Virus record (IMG/VR): IMGVR_UViG_3300028585_000500
Span: 1-39,845 of that record
DNA: 39,845 nucleotides
Source of the DNA: a virus
Taxonomy: Duplodnaviria; Caudoviricetes
Direction: 5' to 3' (one strand)
The number at the start of each line of letters is the position of its first letter. Positions within the stretch are counted from its first letter, which is position 1. This document shows, piece by piece, positions 1 to 7,897 of the stretch. The notes beneath the pieces are model-generated. The model had not been told where the DNA came from, searched no databases, and saw nothing but the letters and a program-made list of their open reading frames with translations. A program made the translations under genes and the position numbers.

Positions 1-774
1 TCAGGGCTTATCCTTCTGAAGGTTGTCATTGCCCAGGCCACCGATAAACGGCAGACGCAGCCGGAACGGCGTGAAATCGAGCCCCATGTTAAGCCCCAGC
101 AGGTTCACTTCAAATCCCTCCTCTGCTCCCAGCGTTACACCCGCCACGCCCAGAATTGACACCTGCACACCGCGCCCGGATGGCGGCAGCCCGACCGGAC
201 GCCACAGTGGCCGGTAATCTTTACCCAGTGCGTTAGCGGGCAGATCAAGCCTTAAAGCCGGAACTTCGCGGCCAATGTGCGCCAGGAAGGTATTGCTGTT
301 CGGTCCGGGCCAGGCGCGATAGGTTGTCGGCCAGGGATAGGATTTAATGGCGGCTTCAATCTGCGGGATCATCGCTTCGGCTTCCGGTCCGCGATGTTCC
401 ACCAGCAGTCGCGGTCTGGCGCCATACCAGTAACCATCAGGCAGGTTGGTGTTGCGCCGGACCTTGTCGCCACTGCCCCAGCTAATCACTTCATAGCGGG
501 TGAATCGCGTTTCACCGGCGCGTTTGAAGATGATCCACGGATGCACCGCTACCGCCCCTTTCCAGCCATAGGTCGGCGCGGCATAAACCTGCACGATAGC
601 CAGGTTAGATAACGCGCGTGGATCAGGTGCTATCCCGGCCGAATCGCGCCGGGCGGTCGCCCAGCCGCCCCGCTCTGCGGTTTCGCTATGACGCGTTGCC
701 TGCGCGATGCTGGCTCCCAGCGATAGCAGCAGCACGCCAATAAAAAACAGGCTGAACACTTTGAGTGAGAGCAT
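1..774 (-). CDS. Host DUF3750-family exported/membrane protein
   Basis: ORF track 1..891. ATG at 774 has an AGGA SD and starts a hydrophobic signal/TM segment. Motifs AVHPWIIFKR, RYEVISWG and YRAWPGPNSNTF are typical of DUF3750. Lies outside the att site. Confidence 0.75.
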   Translation of the reverse strand: MLSLKVFSLFFIGVLLLSLGASIAQATRHSETAERGGWATARRDSAGIAPDPRALSNLAIVQVYAAPTYGWKGAVAVHPWIIFKRAGETRFTRYEVISWGSGDKVRRNTNLPDGYWYGARPRLLVEHRGPEAEAMIPQIEAAIKSYPWPTTYRAWPGPNSNTFLAHIGREVPALRLDLPANALGKDYRPLWRPVGLPPSGRGVQVSILGVAGVTLGAEEGFEVNLLGLNMGLDFTPFRLRLPFIGGLGNDNLQKDKP

Positions 775-1023
775 AGCAACATTCCTGATGACGTAAGAAT
801 CACGAAACGCCTGATCAGCAGGCGGTTTCAGTAAGCGGCGGCTTTGGGATACGGACGATCGGTGAAAGCGGCGGGTAAAAGCGGAACACAACGTATGGTA
901 AGTGCCAGCTTTTACTGCATGGAGGATAGCGTAATTCCTGGCAAAGTGAACAGAAAACCGCCATAGGCAGGCGTGGATGTGGTGAAAGGTTAAAACAGCA
1001 AGTCTGCGTACGGTCAGAGCAAT

Positions 1024-1049
1024 AAAAAAGCCCGCTGGGGAGCGGGCTT
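1024..1049 (-). terminator. Rho-independent terminator, original guaA terminator
   Basis: AAGCCCGCT-GGGG-AGCGGGCTT stem with an A-run at 1024-1029 (U-tract on minus), just downstream of the guaA-like stop. Confidence 0.8.
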
Positions 1050-1083
1050 CAGAATTATCAGGGATTAACTGGCTGAGGCCCGG

Positions 1084-1101
1084 CTATTCCCACTCAATTG
1101 T
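1084..1101 (-). other. guaA: Prophage attachment core: displaced 3' end of guaA (TIEWE-stop)
   Basis: Minus strand reads ACA ATT GAG TGG GAA TAG = T-I-E-W-E-stop, the conserved GuaA C-terminus, with no guaA body upstream. epsilon15-like phages are known to integrate at guaA. Confidence 0.85.
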
Positions 1102-1113
1102 GTTTTGCTGTGT

Positions 1114-1137
1114 ATAGCCTTTGAATTTAAAGGCTAT
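1114..1137. repeat. Inverted repeat in att arm
   Basis: ATAGCCTTT-GAATTT-AAAGGCTAT. Confidence 0.6.
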
Positions 1138-1155
1138 TTAAATGGACTGAATGCA

Positions 1156-1177
1156 CCATACCGTCTGCCATACCGTC
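1156..1177 (+). repeat. Tandem direct repeat, probable integrase arm-type sites
   Basis: CCATACCGTC at 1156-1165 and 1168-1177 (12-bp period), about 55 bp inside the att core. Confidence 0.65.
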
Positions 1178-1204
1178 ACCAGATAAAGGTGACTATTTTT
1201 CAGG

Positions 1205-1750
1205 CTATTTACGGGAAGGTTTAAGAGATGAATTGCGGATCGCATCGTATGACCTTTCGCAGGTTAAGGCAACACGTCCGCGCCGGTCAGCCTCTGCCGC
1301 CAGCTCTCCCGCTGTTGAGTCAATTTCTCGGTACAACTGGGCGAGCAGATCGCCTGGGTTTCTCCCAGCCTTGCCGTTGCTGGTAGTTCCGGTATCGCTG
1401 CCACGTCGCTGCTGTAGTTTGGCGATGGCGTTCTGTATTCCTGACTGCAGCCGGTCAGCAGCACGCTCAGCAACAGCGCGCTGAGCATCAGCCTTACGAT
1501 TCTCTTCATCTGCTTCTCTCTGAATATTGTTAATTTCCGCCTGTCGGCTTAGCTCAATACGGCGCTGCTCCTGGGTAAACTCCAGCTTCGCAACGGCATC
1601 AGCTTTATCTCGCAGATCCCACTTCTCCTGCCATGACCGATCCGCTATCCCGTAACCCACCCGCAGAAGCATCAGCGACCCAACGGCTGCCAGCAGCAGC
1701 GCAACAAGCGGCCGCCAGTAAGCCTTCAGAAAAGCAGCAGCGCCTATCAT
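1205..1750 (-). CDS. Rz-like inner-membrane spanin (DUF2514-like)
   Basis: N-terminal TM helix, long coiled coil, C-terminal ALTCERSYD. Follows the endolysin. Confidence 0.85.
   Translation of the reverse strand: MIGAAAFLKAYWRPLVALLLAAVGSLMLLRVGYGIADRSWQEKWDLRDKADAVAKLEFTQEQRRIELSRQAEINNIQREADEENRKADAQRAVAERAADRLQSGIQNAIAKLQQRRGSDTGTTSNGKAGRNPGDLLAQLYREIDSTAGELAAEADRRGRVALTCERSYDAIRNSSLKPSRK
1264..1509 (-). CDS. Rz1-like outer-membrane lipoprotein spanin, embedded in Rz
   Basis: Signal MKRIVRLMLSALLLSVLLTG-C with lipobox and Pro-rich mature part, nested in another frame of Rz. Confidence 0.8.
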   Translation of the reverse strand: MKRIVRLMLSALLLSVLLTGCSQEYRTPSPNYSSDVAAIPELPATARLGETQAICSPSCTEKLTQQRESWRQRLTGADVLP

Positions 1751-2334
1751 GCTGCAGCCAGCCGGTCGTATGCTGCTGCCATTTTTACGTCGTATCGATT
1801 TGTGGCATAAGCCGGGCCATTGTAGCGCCTGGCGAATTTCGCCCAGTTCTTATCACGAAGCGCCGCTACCAGGACTTGATCTGCCATGATGAACCGAATA
1901 AACGCATCCAGTTGTGCAGACTCTCCCTTGTACATGGCATTCACGAAATCTTGCAGCGATGGATATCCCAGGGCTTTCCAGTGATAGCCCATGATCTGAA
2001 ATGCTCCCCAGCTGCATGACTCCAGAGCACAGTTACGGTTTATCGCCACAGCAAGAGCAAGTCGATCATGCTCGCCTGGTCCTGTGCTATATCCACCGGG
2101 CTTCGAGCTGACTACACCCGGCCACTTCAGAACGGCAATATCTGCCTGCGCCTGACCGGCAGCAGCTTTATAACGCTGGTACATCACATGACGTTCAAAA
2201 AGAATCTTTGGCCGCCCATCAGGAAGCATGCCATCACCATTGCTTTCTACTGTCGCTACGGCCTGAACTGCATACACTGAACAACCAATGATATCGGCTG
2301 CGCGCTGATAATCAGCGACTGACACCTTTCCCAT
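1747..2334 (-). CDS. Endolysin, N-acetylmuramidase (DUF3380 family)
   Basis: AVATVESNG, GRPKILFERH, SWGAFQIMGYHW and FARRYNGPAY motifs. Confidence 0.92.
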   Translation of the reverse strand: MGKVSVADYQRAADIIGCSVYAVQAVATVESNGDGMLPDGRPKILFERHVMYQRYKAAAGQAQADIAVLKWPGVVSSKPGGYSTGPGEHDRLALAVAINRNCALESCSWGAFQIMGYHWKALGYPSLQDFVNAMYKGESAQLDAFIRFIMADQVLVAALRDKNWAKFARRYNGPAYATNRYDVKMAAAYDRLAAA

Positions 2335-2623
2335 GTTTCCCCCGGTGAGCGATAGTGAAGAGTTGCATGACGTTGCCGCGCGTTTTCAGCACGGCACCAC
2401 ACAGCAGAATTTTGATGAGGAGATCGGCGTAGTCAGTGCTGACGTGGTAGCCGTAGGCGATTCGGATAGGTACGGAAGCGCAGATTACGATAATGGCGTA
2501 GGCCAGCCAGCCCCCAGCCGGTTTGTGCGTTGCCGTCTCGCGGCGGAACGTCACCAGGCGGATAACGATAACCCCGCACAGCAGGGCGTTTATCGCTTGA
2601 AGCAGGTCATAACTTGTCATCAT
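2312..2623 (-). CDS. Putative holin/antiholin (about 3 TM)
   Basis: Start moved to ATG ATG at 2623/2620 behind a GAGG SD. Hydrophobic, ends RGNVMQLF, directly upstream of the endolysin. Confidence 0.7.
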   Translation of the reverse strand: MMTSYDLLQAINALLCGVIVIRLVTFRRETATHKPAGGWLAYAIIVICASVPIRIAYGYHVSTDYADLLIKILLCGAVLKTRGNVMQLFTIAHRGKHGKGVSR

Positions 2624-3020
2624 CGGAGCCTCTCTTGAGAGCTGCCTGAGGATCACCCGATCGCTTATACAGACGCATCAAGAGCTTTACAGCCACAACT
2701 GACATAATCAGGGCCGAAGCAGCATAGGCAGACTGAACCTCTACTGAACCGGGTGCCACGTCTGCCCATTTAGAAATGATGGCAATAATCAAAGCCGCAG
2801 CAGGACGGGAAACAATCACTCCCGCAATAAAACTGATCAAAGCCAGTATGAGGCGCTTCTTGATCGGGTATTCCTGAGCAGCGGTTACGAAAATCACTGA
2901 ACCCGAGAACGCGCCAAGCACCACTTCAGGCGGGACACCATAAAAAAAAGCCAACCAGGCCGACCCACTCAGCCCGCTGATTACAGCGGATGTCCCTGTT
3001 ACGGATAGTGGATCAGTCAT
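2607..3020 (-). CDS. Putative holin
   Basis: Start moved to ATG 3020 (MTDPLS) behind GGTGG. Several TM segments, VVLGAFSGSVIFV motif, charged C-terminus. First gene of the lysis cassette. Confidence 0.75.
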   Translation of the reverse strand: MTDPLSVTGTSAVISGLSGSAWLAFFYGVPPEVVLGAFSGSVIFVTAAQEYPIKKRLILALISFIAGVIVSRPAAALIIAIISKWADVAPGSVEVQSAYAASALIMSVVAVKLLMRLYKRSGDPQAALKRGSDDDKL

Positions 3021-3071
3021 GGAAACCACCTGCATAGCGCATAGCACACCTCCATCGTAGTTAATGTCGGT

Positions 3072-3108
3072 ACTATACACAAATATGCATATACGGGTTA
3101 TTGGTAAT
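3072..3108 (-). promoter_or_regulatory. Candidate late promoter of lysis cassette
   Basis: Minus strand ATTACCAA-N9-TATGCAT-N7-TATAGT. The same upstream motif precedes the tailspike gene. Confidence 0.4.
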
Positions 3109-3202
3109 TTTAAGGTTTATCTTAAATTTGTTACACTATTGCAAATTGTAAGGCCATATCTTAATGGCTGGATATATATGATTGAAATAAAAGGATATTT
3201 TA

Positions 3203-4999
3203 ATGCTTAGGCGGAATAGAACTTTATCGATACTTTTTATAGTAATTGGCTCTATTTTTTATGCTGTACTATCGTACATGGTTGGCGCAAACAGCGACAA
3301 CATGTCGTCGCTTCTCATAGCAAAGGATTTAGCAGACGGTAATATCTCTTTATCAGGCTGGCACCTTTCAACTCAATCATATTTGTTTTCGGATATTATC
3401 TGGACTGCTTTGGTTATAAAGGTTTTCGGTTTTAGCCAGATTTTATCTCATGTAATGCCTGCGATATTTTATTCATTCTTCTCATACCTTTCCTTCAGAA
3501 TTGTTTATGAAAAAAACAAGAGCGGGATATTATTAATAGCACCTGTAGTATTGATACCTAGTTTTTTTATCATTGCGAATGCAATAGAGCTTAATATACA
3601 TGGTGGCATATATCTATTATCAATGATATGCCTATATTGCATATCTAAAGAATCATTAAGGTCACCATTAATAAAATTGCTAATAGCATCATTACTATGT
3701 GGTATTTTTGCAGAGTCTGATAAGTTAATTATATTCATTTTTATAATACCCTGCTTCATTTCATCCTCCATACAATTTGCTGTTAAAAGACAAAACAAGG
3801 ATTTTATTATTGCCCTGGCTTGCTGCCTGTCAATAATGGTTTATTTGATATTATCGTTAGCCCTTCCTTCATTTTTCGATTATAACGTTCCAGGCATAGG
3901 CTCTCAGTCGATAGCATCTATTCATGAGATCGCTGGTAACGCAATGCTTGCCATTCAAGGGTTGCTATTATATTTTTCAATAAATTTCGATAGCGACTCA
4001 ATAGGAATAATTATTTCTATTGCAAAAGCTATGCTTTTGATTGTTTACGTTGTCCTTTTTGTAGTTGCAATGGTTAGAGGGTTTGGTAAAAACGCCATTG
4101 ATACACTTCTGATATTTACTACAGCAGTACCATTCGGTGCATTTATTTTTAGCAAAGTCGCTATAGATATTACTTCCACCAGATTCCTTTTTTTCTCTGT
4201 AGTAAGTGCTACTTTGCTCATTGCCAGAAACATAGAGGTTAAATTTAAGGCATACAAAGTATCATTGATTATATTATCTATTTGTAATCTTGCCTGGTTC
4301 TATAACAAGCCTGAAACCGAAGAAGTATATTACTCCAGACTTGGAGACTACTTGCAATCTCAAAACCTTTTAAATGGCTATGGTGAGTTCTGGAAAGCAT
4401 CTATAGTTACAGCAGTTAGTAAGGTTAACATCTACCCAGTAGATACAGATGGCAGCATAAGACCTCGTAACTGGCTTTCAAGAGAAGACTGGTATTCAGG
4501 GAATGGAAATTTCTTCATCTCAAGAGACAGCGGTGAAATTAAAACTGCCATAGATCAGTTCGGCCCCCCATCAAAACATCTTAAGTATCAATCAATGAGC
4601 ATACTTGTTTGGAATGAAATGCCCATGCCTCCACATGGCGTATCTTTTAAGAGGATAAATGAAAATAGTTTGCCATTGCGGAACTATAACATCGATCCTG
4701 ATGGGGGAGTAAGAAGCAATGGGCAACATGGCTTTTTCTTATCCGGGCCTTATGTGAAACTTAATAAGGGACATTACAGAATTATTATGAGCGGCATAGT
4801 GTATTCTGGAAATCCCTATGCGGAAATTTTCTCTGCCAAAAAATCTGTTTCAATAAAGCTTCCATTAAGTAACCTGGGTAATGGTAATATTTTAGATACT
4901 CAAACGTACATTGATAATGATGTTGATGATTTGGAATTAAGATTGAACATTCAAAGCAATGAAGAAGTAAAGTTATACGGTTACACTATTCATAAGTAA
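3203..4999 (+). CDS. Multi-pass membrane protein, GT-C/GtrII-like putative surface-glycan modifying enzyme (moron)
   Basis: About 10-12 hydrophobic segments, NSD loop after TM1, GYGEFWKAS motif, soluble C-terminal GPYVKLNKGHY domain. Visibly AT-rich, opposite strand to its neighbours, in the slot where epsilon15/phiV10 carry conversion genes. Confidence 0.6.
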   Translation: MLRRNRTLSILFIVIGSIFYAVLSYMVGANSDNMSSLLIAKDLADGNISLSGWHLSTQSYLFSDIIWTALVIKVFGFSQILSHVMPAIFYSFFSYLSFRIVYEKNKSGILLIAPVVLIPSFFIIANAIELNIHGGIYLLSMICLYCISKESLRSPLIKLLIASLLCGIFAESDKLIIFIFIIPCFISSSIQFAVKRQNKDFIIALACCLSIMVYLILSLALPSFFDYNVPGIGSQSIASIHEIAGNAMLAIQGLLLYFSINFDSDSIGIIISIAKAMLLIVYVVLFVVAMVRGFGKNAIDTLLIFTTAVPFGAFIFSKVAIDITSTRFLFFSVVSATLLIARNIEVKFKAYKVSLIILSICNLAWFYNKPETEEVYYSRLGDYLQSQNLLNGYGEFWKASIVTAVSKVNIYPVDTDGSIRPRNWLSREDWYSGNGNFFISRDSGEIKTAIDQFGPPSKHLKYQSMSILVWNEMPMPPHGVSFKRINENSLPLRNYNIDPDGGVRSNGQHGFFLSGPYVKLNKGHYRIIMSGIVYSGNPYAEIFSAKKSVSIKLPLSNLGNGNILDTQTYIDNDVDDLELRLNIQSNEEVKLYGYTIHK

Positions 5000-5003
5000 A
5001 AGC

Positions 5004-5021
5004 ATGGCCCGAAAGGGCCAT
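5004..5021. terminator. Hairpin/terminator between convergent genes
   Basis: ATGGCCC-GAAA-GGGCCAT, followed on the minus strand by GCTTTT. Confidence 0.65.
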
Positions 5022-5024
5022 CCT

Positions 5025-7205
5025 TCATGGAGTCATTGTTATTGTGGCCCTGTGATAAGAAACGGATGAGCCAGCGTCGGTAATTACCTGTAAAATTACA
5101 TTATCACCATCACTGACTGTTATTGTTGGACTAGCAACCAGTGAATATGAACCTCCAGTGATACTCCCTAAAGAATAAGAAGTACTGTTGACAATAATAT
5201 TATAAGCAAAAGTACCACCTGGGTTACTTGATACTGCTACCCTGACTCCGGTGATAACCCCCGATGAAACAACAGTTGCGGCAGGATTTACATCCGTTGA
5301 TGAACCAAAAGCTGCAATGTAGCGGGTTGTGCCTGCGGGGATAGTTGTACCTGAATTTAAAGATATTTCCCGTTTCTGTGTGCTGTTGATGATTGCAGAA
5401 CGCAAAGGGAGATTAGATGTGAACAACCCCGCTATGGCTGCGCCAGAACGAATATTAACTGGAGCGAACCCCGTCCCATATGAGCTAAGATCGCAATTTA
5501 ATAAACGAAAATTCGTGGATGCTGTAGATGCCAGGAAATCAAAACCATAAGCTTGGTAGTGGCTGGTTGACCCCGGCAGATTACCAATCACACAGCTGTC
5601 AAATGACATATTATTGCTTGATCCGTCAATAACCACGCCTGAATAGTTAAGTGAGTTATTCATACTATTGTTATTGATAGTCGCTCCCTGAAACTGGATA
5701 AAAGAGCCTCCTGATATCTGAACCCCGAAAGTTCCGTTGTCACGAATTGTTCCGTTCTTCCAGTTGATGTCTGACGGATTTCCTTTTATAACCAGCCCAG
5801 CATTACCCGAGTAAGAAGACCAACAATTCTGCAGGAGTAAATCACGCAGATCACCCCCCAGGGTTTGATCTATCATCCAGCCATCAGCAACTGAAGTATC
5901 ACCCAGAACATTGTCCATCCAGATATGACGCACCCAGCTGGTTGCTGTTGGTTTGAAAATAACAGCGTATCCCGTTCTCTGAACATCAATATCAGAGAAG
6001 AATTCACCCGAACCATATTGCACAAGAATTCCTACACTGTCTCCGACAGGGCCGGTGTATCCCGTATTTCCGATTTTACCGACATGAAATTGAGCGCCAT
6101 TACCAGCAGCTTCTCCGGGGCTGCCCGTATAGGGAGCCAGACGAATGCCCCACCCAGCAAACCACATTATGCGAAAATTTGTGAAATAAGGTTGATAGCA
6201 GTTTCTTACGTCAATACCGTTGTCGTATCGAAGAACTTCAAAATCATCACAAAGGAAGTTGTCGTTAGAATTGATTACTGTTAACCCAGTGCCGTAAGAC
6301 CCGTGGCTCTGATCGTCAGATTGCGTGCTGCGTGCAGTAATTGAAATGCCTCTCACTCCTCCGCCCTGCGAGTAGTTCAGGTCATATACTATACCGTTTG
6401 CATTCTCATTAACGTTGATAAGTGTTGTGACGCCCTTTCCATCACCTACCAAATACACGATCTTTCCTGTAATCCTTAGCTCAGCATTATGCAGATATTT
6501 TCCTGCAGGTATGAGAAGGCGTCCTCCGGGATTTAAGGCATTTATAGCTGCTTTTAAAGCTGCTGTGTCGTCCTTTACACCATCCCCAATAGCACCAAAA
6601 TCTTTTACGCTGACTGTGTCCCGCATCTTATCCTGGAAGGTCCGATAAACAGCCCCTGACCCAAACTGGAGAAACCATCCAAATCCGCCCACAACCCCAG
6701 CTATTGCAGCGTCAACATAGGCGCGCATTGATCGATTATTGACTGCATCCTGCGCATCGGCTGGGTCGGCAAGATTGGCGATCCGATTACCCTGAGCATC
6801 GTAGTAGCGTGATATGAAGGATGGTTTTCTCAGCGCAAGCGAGAAGAATGAAAGGGATTTCTGCACCAGCATTGTCAGGTAATCAAATGCATCTTCATGC
6901 GTTTCTGCAAAGAAGCGCCCCTGATTTCTGAGATCTGTCTCTTGCACTGCAGGGAGGTCACGTTCCAGAGAGATTTGCCAGTTTTCAGGCAGAGCATTCA
7001 CTAGCACTACTGTGCCGCCTGATACCAGCCCTACGCCAGTAATTTTATAATCCGTATCGAGAGAAAGGGTTCTGATAGCTCCGTATGTATCGGATACCGT
7101 CACGACCATATGGCTACTGCTAAGTATTCGAAAACGATAAGGAAAAACGGTTGTAGTACCATTACCCACATATTGCTCATGGTTTACGACAGTTGATACG
7201 GTCAT
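5025..7205 (-). CDS. Tailspike with beta-helix polysaccharide depolymerase domain
   Basis: Conserved podovirus anchor MTVST..YVGNGTTTVFPYRFRI..QETDLRNQGRFFAETHEDAFDYLTML, then VSVKDFGAIGDGVKDDTAAL (pectate-lyase-3 start) and an Asn/Gly-rich beta-helix. Confidence 0.92.
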   Translation of the reverse strand: MTVSTVVNHEQYVGNGTTTVFPYRFRILSSSHMVVTVSDTYGAIRTLSLDTDYKITGVGLVSGGTVVLVNALPENWQISLERDLPAVQETDLRNQGRFFAETHEDAFDYLTMLVQKSLSFFSLALRKPSFISRYYDAQGNRIANLADPADAQDAVNNRSMRAYVDAAIAGVVGGFGWFLQFGSGAVYRTFQDKMRDTVSVKDFGAIGDGVKDDTAALKAAINALNPGGRLLIPAGKYLHNAELRITGKIVYLVGDGKGVTTLINVNENANGIVYDLNYSQGGGVRGISITARSTQSDDQSHGSYGTGLTVINSNDNFLCDDFEVLRYDNGIDVRNCYQPYFTNFRIMWFAGWGIRLAPYTGSPGEAAGNGAQFHVGKIGNTGYTGPVGDSVGILVQYGSGEFFSDIDVQRTGYAVIFKPTATSWVRHIWMDNVLGDTSVADGWMIDQTLGGDLRDLLLQNCWSSYSGNAGLVIKGNPSDINWKNGTIRDNGTFGVQISGGSFIQFQGATINNNSMNNSLNYSGVVIDGSSNNMSFDSCVIGNLPGSTSHYQAYGFDFLASTASTNFRLLNCDLSSYGTGFAPVNIRSGAAIAGLFTSNLPLRSAIINSTQKREISLNSGTTIPAGTTRYIAAFGSSTDVNPAATVVSSGVITGVRVAVSSNPGGTFAYNIIVNSTSYSLGSITGGSYSLVASPTITVSDGDNVILQVITDAGSSVSYHRATITMTP

Positions 7206-7237
7206 TTTGCTGGCTCCGAATGTTTAATATCACATCA

Positions 7238-7276
7238 AGTTTACAGCATTCAATGCATAAAAGAATATTTGGTAAT
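7238..7276 (-). promoter_or_regulatory. Candidate late promoter of tailspike
   Basis: Minus strand ATTACCAA-N9-TATGCAT-N9-TAAACT. Confidence 0.4.
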
Positions 7277-7314
7277 GATGGTTTCCAGTTTATAAGCTAA
7301 TCTTTTTTGTTACG

Positions 7315-7358
7315 TTTGCGGCCAAAAGCTTGTGCTTTATACTGTATGAATATACAGT
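7315..7358 (+). promoter_or_regulatory. Sigma70 promoter with LexA (SOS) box
   Basis: TATACT -10 at 7338-7343 overlapped by CTGTATGAATATACAG (7342-7357, CTG-N10-CAG). AGGAGG SD follows. Confidence 0.9.
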
Positions 7359-7379
7359 TTATTCAGGAGGGCGATCATT

Positions 7380-7640
7380 ATGAAAAATGACAGTGTGTAC
7401 CACTATCCCGGAAATGATAATTACACGGAAAAATTGTACAGCGATGAAGGAATTAGACGCTTAGCGCAGGATTCAAAAATCATCAGATTGCTTGAAGAAC
7501 TTGAACGCCACGGGAACAACGTAGGCGGCGCGCGGGATGAGGTAAACGCACTGTTTAATTATGTGTCTGCCACAAAGAAGGTCAAAGCAGATATGATTAC
7601 GCACCTTGAATATATGAAAGCCTGCATCGAAAAGGCCTGA
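7380..7640 (+). CDS. ant: SOS-inducible antirepressor (SPC32H Ant-like)
   Basis: 86-aa helical protein with its own LexA-boxed promoter, next to the tailspike as in SPC32H. The repressor in this window lacks an autocleavage domain. Confidence 0.75.
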   Translation: MKNDSVYHYPGNDNYTEKLYSDEGIRRLAQDSKIIRLLEELERHGNNVGGARDEVNALFNYVSATKKVKADMITHLEYMKACIEKA

Positions 7641-7674
7641 CGGTTATTACCTTATTTGATTTATGACCTAAATA

Positions 7675-7691
7675 ATTACTCAAAAGGTAAT
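7675..7691. promoter_or_regulatory. Putative repressor operator
   Basis: ATTACT-CAAAA-GGTAAT, one mismatch to ATTACC-N5-GGTAAT. Confidence 0.5.
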
Positions 7692-7713
7692 AAAAAGCCC
7701 GCATTGCGGGCTT
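7692..7713 (-). terminator. Rho-independent terminator of the virion operon
   Basis: AAAAA-GCCCGC-ATT-GCGGGC-TT. Confidence 0.8.
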
Positions 7714-7897
7714 AGCTATATCTGGAACACAGCAGGATGGCGATGAAAACCACGACAAAGCAAATCGCGGCTGCTCCCTTATCGTTAATGATCTTCCTGT
7801 TGAGCAGCCATATTATTAATGACCAGCAGGCTATGCTGCCCACGACAACAGCCACAAACCAGCCGAAAATCACCGCCAGCTTAATTAAGATTTCCAC
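7712..7897 (-). CDS. Small 2-TM membrane protein
   Basis: 61 aa, two hydrophobic helices, GTG start overlapping the stop of the upstream gene. Confidence 0.6.
   Translation of the reverse strand: MEILIKLAVIFGWFVAVVVGSIACWSLIIWLLNRKIINDKGAAAICFVVVFIAILLCSRYS

Noticed and set aside
775-891. Upstream extension of the DUF3750 ORF in the track
   Set aside because: ATG 774 has an SD and begins the signal segment. The extension has no supporting features.
5025-7205. Diversity-generating retroelement or invertible tail cassette, given BPP-1-like head genes
   Set aside because: No reverse transcriptase, invertase or duplicated TR/VR segment seen in the window.
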